DNA of 51,772 nucleotides from Perkinsus olseni (Eukaryota): NCBI GenBank assembly GCA_013115125.1, contig JABANN010000219.1, positions 1 to 51,772 of the forward strand, read 5' to 3'. Shown piece by piece: positions 46,916 to 51,772 of this stretch (position 1 is its first letter; each line of letters starts with the position of its first letter). The notes under the pieces were generated by a model. It saw only the letters and a program-made list of their open reading frames with translations, ran no database searches and was not told where the DNA came from. The position numbers and the translations under genes were made by a program.

Positions 46916-48954
46916 CCGCACACGCACACGCAGAGAATCAAGTATGGTTAGCCACCTTAGCTCGGCGTACTTTCGGCCCCTCCTCTATCGTGACCATGAC
47001 TATGAGAGTCAGTCAAAGTTAGTGTTGACTCAACACTGTTGAGTCAACACTGATGACTGGCTGCAGTCGATGCGGAAGAGCTAATGGTGAAGTGGATATC
47101 ACACGGGGAGCTATTGGAATACACCATCACACGAAGAACTACTACACAGCATGATGGCATGAAATTGGTCATTCTAGCTGCGCAGCGTAAATATCGGCTC
47201 TCCACAGGACCATTCTGTCGCCCCTGATTCCGCACTAAATCTAACAGGTTGGTTCCATACAAGATCACCAGAACATGCTATACGAACAGGCGAATATAAA
47301 ACGGCCAAGCCGGTCCCCCCGACCGTCAGGCTCTGACTACTCCGTGATCTTCGGTAGAGACGATTTGACTCAGAAATCCCGTCGATTGACATCTCATTTT
47401 CGCGGCTTGCGCTCGTCCTCTTGGGCGGCTATAAGGCGCGAGCATCTTTCTTGACTCGCAACGCTAGGCGGTTGTGAGGGCATCGCTCGCCACACGCCAT
47501 GTGCCATGGACAAAAAGCGATTTGCACCCCTTGAGCACGCGCCAGATAACGCGTAATTCGAGTTTCATGTCTTCTTGGGAAACCACAGGAGTCTCAGCAT
47601 AGAGACGCGTGACACTGCGGTGTCCTTGATCTGGGGCCCACGACATGAGCTCCCTCACTTAGTAGACGTCGGCAGCACGTATCTCTGTCTGCTCCTGTCA
47701 GGACAAGCGCACAATACGCTAGAATCCGGTACTGTACGGTAGTGTAACAAATAGCACACCGGGGAGCCGGTGGCCACTATTCACTGACTAGTAGTCAGCG
47801 CCATTGCAGCCTTGCTCATCGTTATGCGGAAGCGTATTTACGCGCGGAGCGTACGGAATATTTATCCCAGGCCGCTGTAGGGGTATTGGGGCCCTGGACA
47901 GTGTTAGGTTGCGTGCAGTTCTACCGTTAGTGGCCGAGCGTGTTGACCAGTGCAACATCATACTGAAATCCATTTGGAAATCCTGAGGGAAGGTTCTGTG
48001 GAACTAGGCAGCCCTATTTGTTGCCTTCGCTCTGTCTGCAGTATTGAGGCCTACTGGAGCGCTGTCGCCTGCGTCTCCGCCATTCCCGATTGACGAACGT
48101 GACATGAGTGAGATTGATGCGACATCAATGATGCCAGAAGCAATGAACAAGATTGAGCAGCTGTTCTCCACGGGTGGTGTGACATGGTTCACGTCACGAA
48201 GGGGCTGAACGTGGCGCTCGCCAACTTGCGCTAGCGACAAGTGCATTGTAGGGAAACCAACCAACAGACATCTCACAGACCTATTCCACTTACCGAAGGG
48301 TCAATCGGGTGGCGCAGCACCCGGGCGGCCGAGTTGGACAGGATTGCCGCGAACCAGGTCGGCCAGACCCCGGCATGATGTGTGGTCTTCCTGTCGTTAT
48401 CGCAGCTCATCAGCCGTGAAGTTCCCTGATCCAGGGTAACCTGAGACTCCCTATGCTATCCCCGCACCCCGAGGTTTTCATCGCTAGTTGTTTTCGGTCT
48501 CTCAACTGAGGAAGTGCGAAGTGTAAAAATCCCAGTCGTTGCTCCTCTTATGCTTTTCACTACTCGGGTGCGCGGGTGCTCGCTAACTTCACTGTTTGCC
48601 GAGTAAAAAGTTATGCCTCAGCGATAGGCTTGTCGGTGGGGGGGGGTCCCTCAGGAAGGACCTGGTGTGTAATAGACAGACACACTGTGTATAATCAGGG
48701 GTAATCCTTATAGGCGTCATGGCAATTGTGGGAAGGCGCTCCCCGAATGCACCGTGTAGCTCGGGTCTGAACTTCAGACTCTGAAGCCTTCGGAAGGTGA
48801 CGGTACAAGCTACAGAATCTTCCCACCCATTCGGCCTCAGTGTGCTGATAAGTAGACCGGCCCGCGAGCAGCCGAGACATCATCGAGGCTTCAGTTGTTG
48901 ATTAACCACTGCACTGAGTCAACACTATTGACCTTCAGCGTGAACGGAGACACC

Positions 48955-49040
48955 GACGAGTCCTCAACGGTGGAGACTTCACCGTTCTGAGAATGTGGTA
49001 CGTGGAGGGCCCGGGTTCGAACCCGGGTGCCAGGTTTTTC
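48955..49040 (+). other. tRNA-like remnant (T arm and B-box followed by T-run)
   Basis: A CCCGGG-TTCGAA-CCCGGG hairpin, a TTCAC/GTGGA stem upstream and TTTTT downstream. The acceptor stem does not pair. Confidence 0.35.
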
Positions 49041-49715
49041 TGCATTTTCACTTAGCGTGCATGCCAGCATCGTCAGACTTCAACGGGACGCTCCTGCTCT
49101 TTCTTATTCTTTCCCGTCTTCCTTGAAATTCGATCCCGTTTGATGATGTCCGTTTTTGCGTCACACCATTTGGGTACAAGTGTGAGTGGACGACAATAGG
49201 GTGGTTAACTCGAGATGTTGCCTACTGTATATAAAGTTGTGAATTTCTCTGTCGTATTCGTAGACCACTCGCAAACAATGCTCGATTCACATTTGTCGCC
49301 AGGAAAGTCCTACTAGAAGCATCTTGTGACTTCGATGAAATCAAGGTGAAGCTGAACTTGACGGGTGACAACCATAGCTCATTGAACTGAGAAAGGGTTC
49401 TGATATTCAATCCTCGTTAGTGTTGATTTCGATTGGAGTTGGTGTGTGCGAGTTCATAGTCCAACGGTGGTCTGCCGGCTTAGTTTGTCGTTCACCGATG
49501 AGCTCTGCTCTTGGGGCTTTATGCACACATCGGTCACGGGTTAGTGGTGTAAACTGATTCTCAGATGGTTCGTCGAAACGCTTGGTTTTTTCTTTCACGT
49601 TTGAACTTAGTAGATATCGTGAGGAATTACTGCTGATGGACTTCGCAGATCGGACACATTCCGAATCTGATTCCAGTTGACCTTGTTTTCTCTCCGTCTC
49701 ATTTTCGCCTTTCCA

Positions 49716-50865
49716 ATGGCTGAGGAGTCTATCCGTGGTTTTGCTCTCCCTGGCGAAGTCGACGGTACCGGGTTGAAAATTGGTACGTATCACACGGCTT
49801 CTAGAGTCCTCTACTGTGGCGAGCCTGCAGGTATCGTGAGGTCGTCGTGGAACGCTAAGGTGATGGAGTGTCTGGAAGAGGGTGCTCGGGACGTCTTGGT
49901 GAATTGCGGTGTGAAGGAGGAAGACATCATAACAGAGTAGTCCGCACGCGCCTTCCGCAACTGCATTGGTTACTGAGGTTGCAGCAGTGTTCGAGCAGGC
50001 AAGAATCGCTCGGTTCAGATGCGTTGCTGGGGCATATGAGATTCCTTTCACTGTGCAGTTGTTGCTGGAAAAGACCGAAGTTGACGCGGTCATCGCCCTC
50101 GGTTGTCTCATCAAGGGTGAAACTATGCACTTCGAGTAGGGCAGAGCTCGCTACCGCCTGTTCAAGCATGTCCGGCTCGGCCTCGTACAGGTACATCTCA
50201 GAGGCGGTCACGCATGGTTTGATGCGCCTTGGCCTCGACTACAAGAAGCCCGTCATTTATGGAGTCCTGACTGTGATGAACGAGGAGCAGGCCAAGGCCC
50301 GCTGTGGGCTGTTGGGCGACTCGGTAGTCACAGATGCCACTTCCGCCAAATTCATCAATTAGTTTTTGTTGAGACTACCTTCGAGGTCGATACTCATGTT
50401 AATAATGCCATACACTATACTCAGCGAAAGCGGATGGTCATAAATAAGTATAAGATCAATACGGTAACTCGATTGTTTATAATATATTATTCATAGTGAT
50501 GAATACTAGTATTATTATCATCCATCGAGATAAAATCATGGGCGTTTCACCCGTGTTGTGTAAAACGCTAGTTATGACGCGTTATCGCGTTAGAGTTTTT
50601 CGCGATATTGCGTTTCACGCGGGCGTTGTGACGCGAAGTGTTATCTCTACGCAACATACCGCCTTTTTTCGCGAAAAACACTTGAAATTGCTTTACGCGT
50701 TAAACAGGTGAAACTCCATAGTAATGTCATAAACTATTTTTATTCAACTGTCGGGCTGTCGTTCACGGACTTTGCGCTATTCCTCAGGTCCATCATAACG
50801 AGGCGCGGGAGTGGGCCAAGACAGCTATACGTCAGTGCAACATTGCTCAAAAGTATAAATGCTGA
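49716..50865 (+). CDS. ribH: 6,7-dimethyl-8-ribityllumazine synthase, 5 exons
   Basis: Exons ~49716-49782, 49831-49936, 50019-50135, 50191-50323 and 50788-50865. Motifs: [74 protein letters not shown]. Confidence 0.96.
50540..50717. mobile_element. MITE-like element in the last ribH intron
   Basis: Terminal inverted repeats GGCGTTTCACCCGT...GTAAA and TTTAC...ACAGGTGAAACTCC flank an interior rich in ACGCG/CGCGA repeats. Confidence 0.55.
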
Positions 50866-51772
50866 TCTTGCAGTTTTCGATGTCACTTGCGACTACTTGC
50901 CGGCTGGTGGAAGTCGTTGCGGCCATCGTAACGGTTGTCTTCGAGCCACAGATTGTTTCCGATGCTCCCGAATGTTGGGTTGTTGGATTGGTTCAATGAC
51001 ATTGGTCGAATCTTGATTCAAGATTCTTGAGTGAGCTGCTTACCAATGAAAAGCGTTAGAGCGCATACTAGACAGAGGTTTATGCGGCCCTCTTTCGTTA
51101 CAACTGCGGTCTGCCTTGAGGACCCACCACGATCATCATGGGAATTAATTCTGTCCTGACCCTTCTTCAACCTCCGGATACTCACCCCGGGTGAGTTACC
51201 CAATGTGTTCCCCATGCCCCTTAAGGCGTCCTCGATGAGGTTTCGGAATAGATGTGTTAAGGTGTCTGTAGACAAGCGTGTCCACACCCTTTTGGGCACC
51301 CTGCTGGAACTCTCAGTGATGAGCGGAGACACGCACAGTCAGTGGTGATACAGTCCTGTCCCGATAGTGATCTCTTTGGCGCGTTCACAATGCGACTCAT
51401 TAGGAACCCGAGACTGGTGTATGCAGTAGGGGTTCGCTGTCTTCCGTCGAGGCCTCTGCTCTGCAGAGATCTACAGACCTGTCAACTACTATAGGGTCAC
51501 GTCCAAACTTAACGAATGACGTCACGTCTAGGGGTTGCGATTATCGGTATTGATATTGTTACCGCTAGGCGGTTATTCATGAGAGTGAATTCTTCTCTGT
51601 TACCACCATCCACAATACGTATATCTTATTGGGGCCTATTGCAAATGTGAGCGACGCTCCTACCGAAGGTCTGTGGGGTTTCTCGGATACCTCATCGCCA
51701 TGAAACCTCTGAGTGTGGGGAGGGGGAGTGGGGCGTGCGAGCACCGGAACCTGAGGCAAGCGCAGTTCCGTG

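Noticed and set aside
38955-50865. Bacterial contamination as the source of the rib genes
   Set aside because: All four genes are broken by spliceosomal GT-AG introns, lie on alternating strands and are contiguous with XPD and other eukaryotic genes.

Overview
This is a eukaryotic protist window with about 50% GC, many short GT-AG introns and dense genes. Its style suggests a perkinsozoan alveolate such as Perkinsus, which is an inference only. From left to right it holds: three intronless ABCG half-transporters with Cys-rich N-termini and a gene-converted ATPase domain; an internally deleted Tc1/mariner element; tRNA-His; a PP2A B''-type EF-hand gene; a 186-bp tandem array of tRNA-Ser(GCT) genes and anticodon-shifted pseudogenes; a serine carboxypeptidase; a PARL-like rhomboid protease; and the XPD helicase. 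The standout is at 38.9-50.9 kb: an intron-containing riboflavin biosynthesis cluster, ribD(-) ribE(+) ribBA(-) ribH(+). It has bacterial-style bifunctional RibD and RibBA, follows the gene order of the classic bacterial rib operon but is arranged as two divergent pairs, and its riboflavin synthase carries a C-terminal tail-anchor-like helix. Exon boundaries were read by eye and are approximate.
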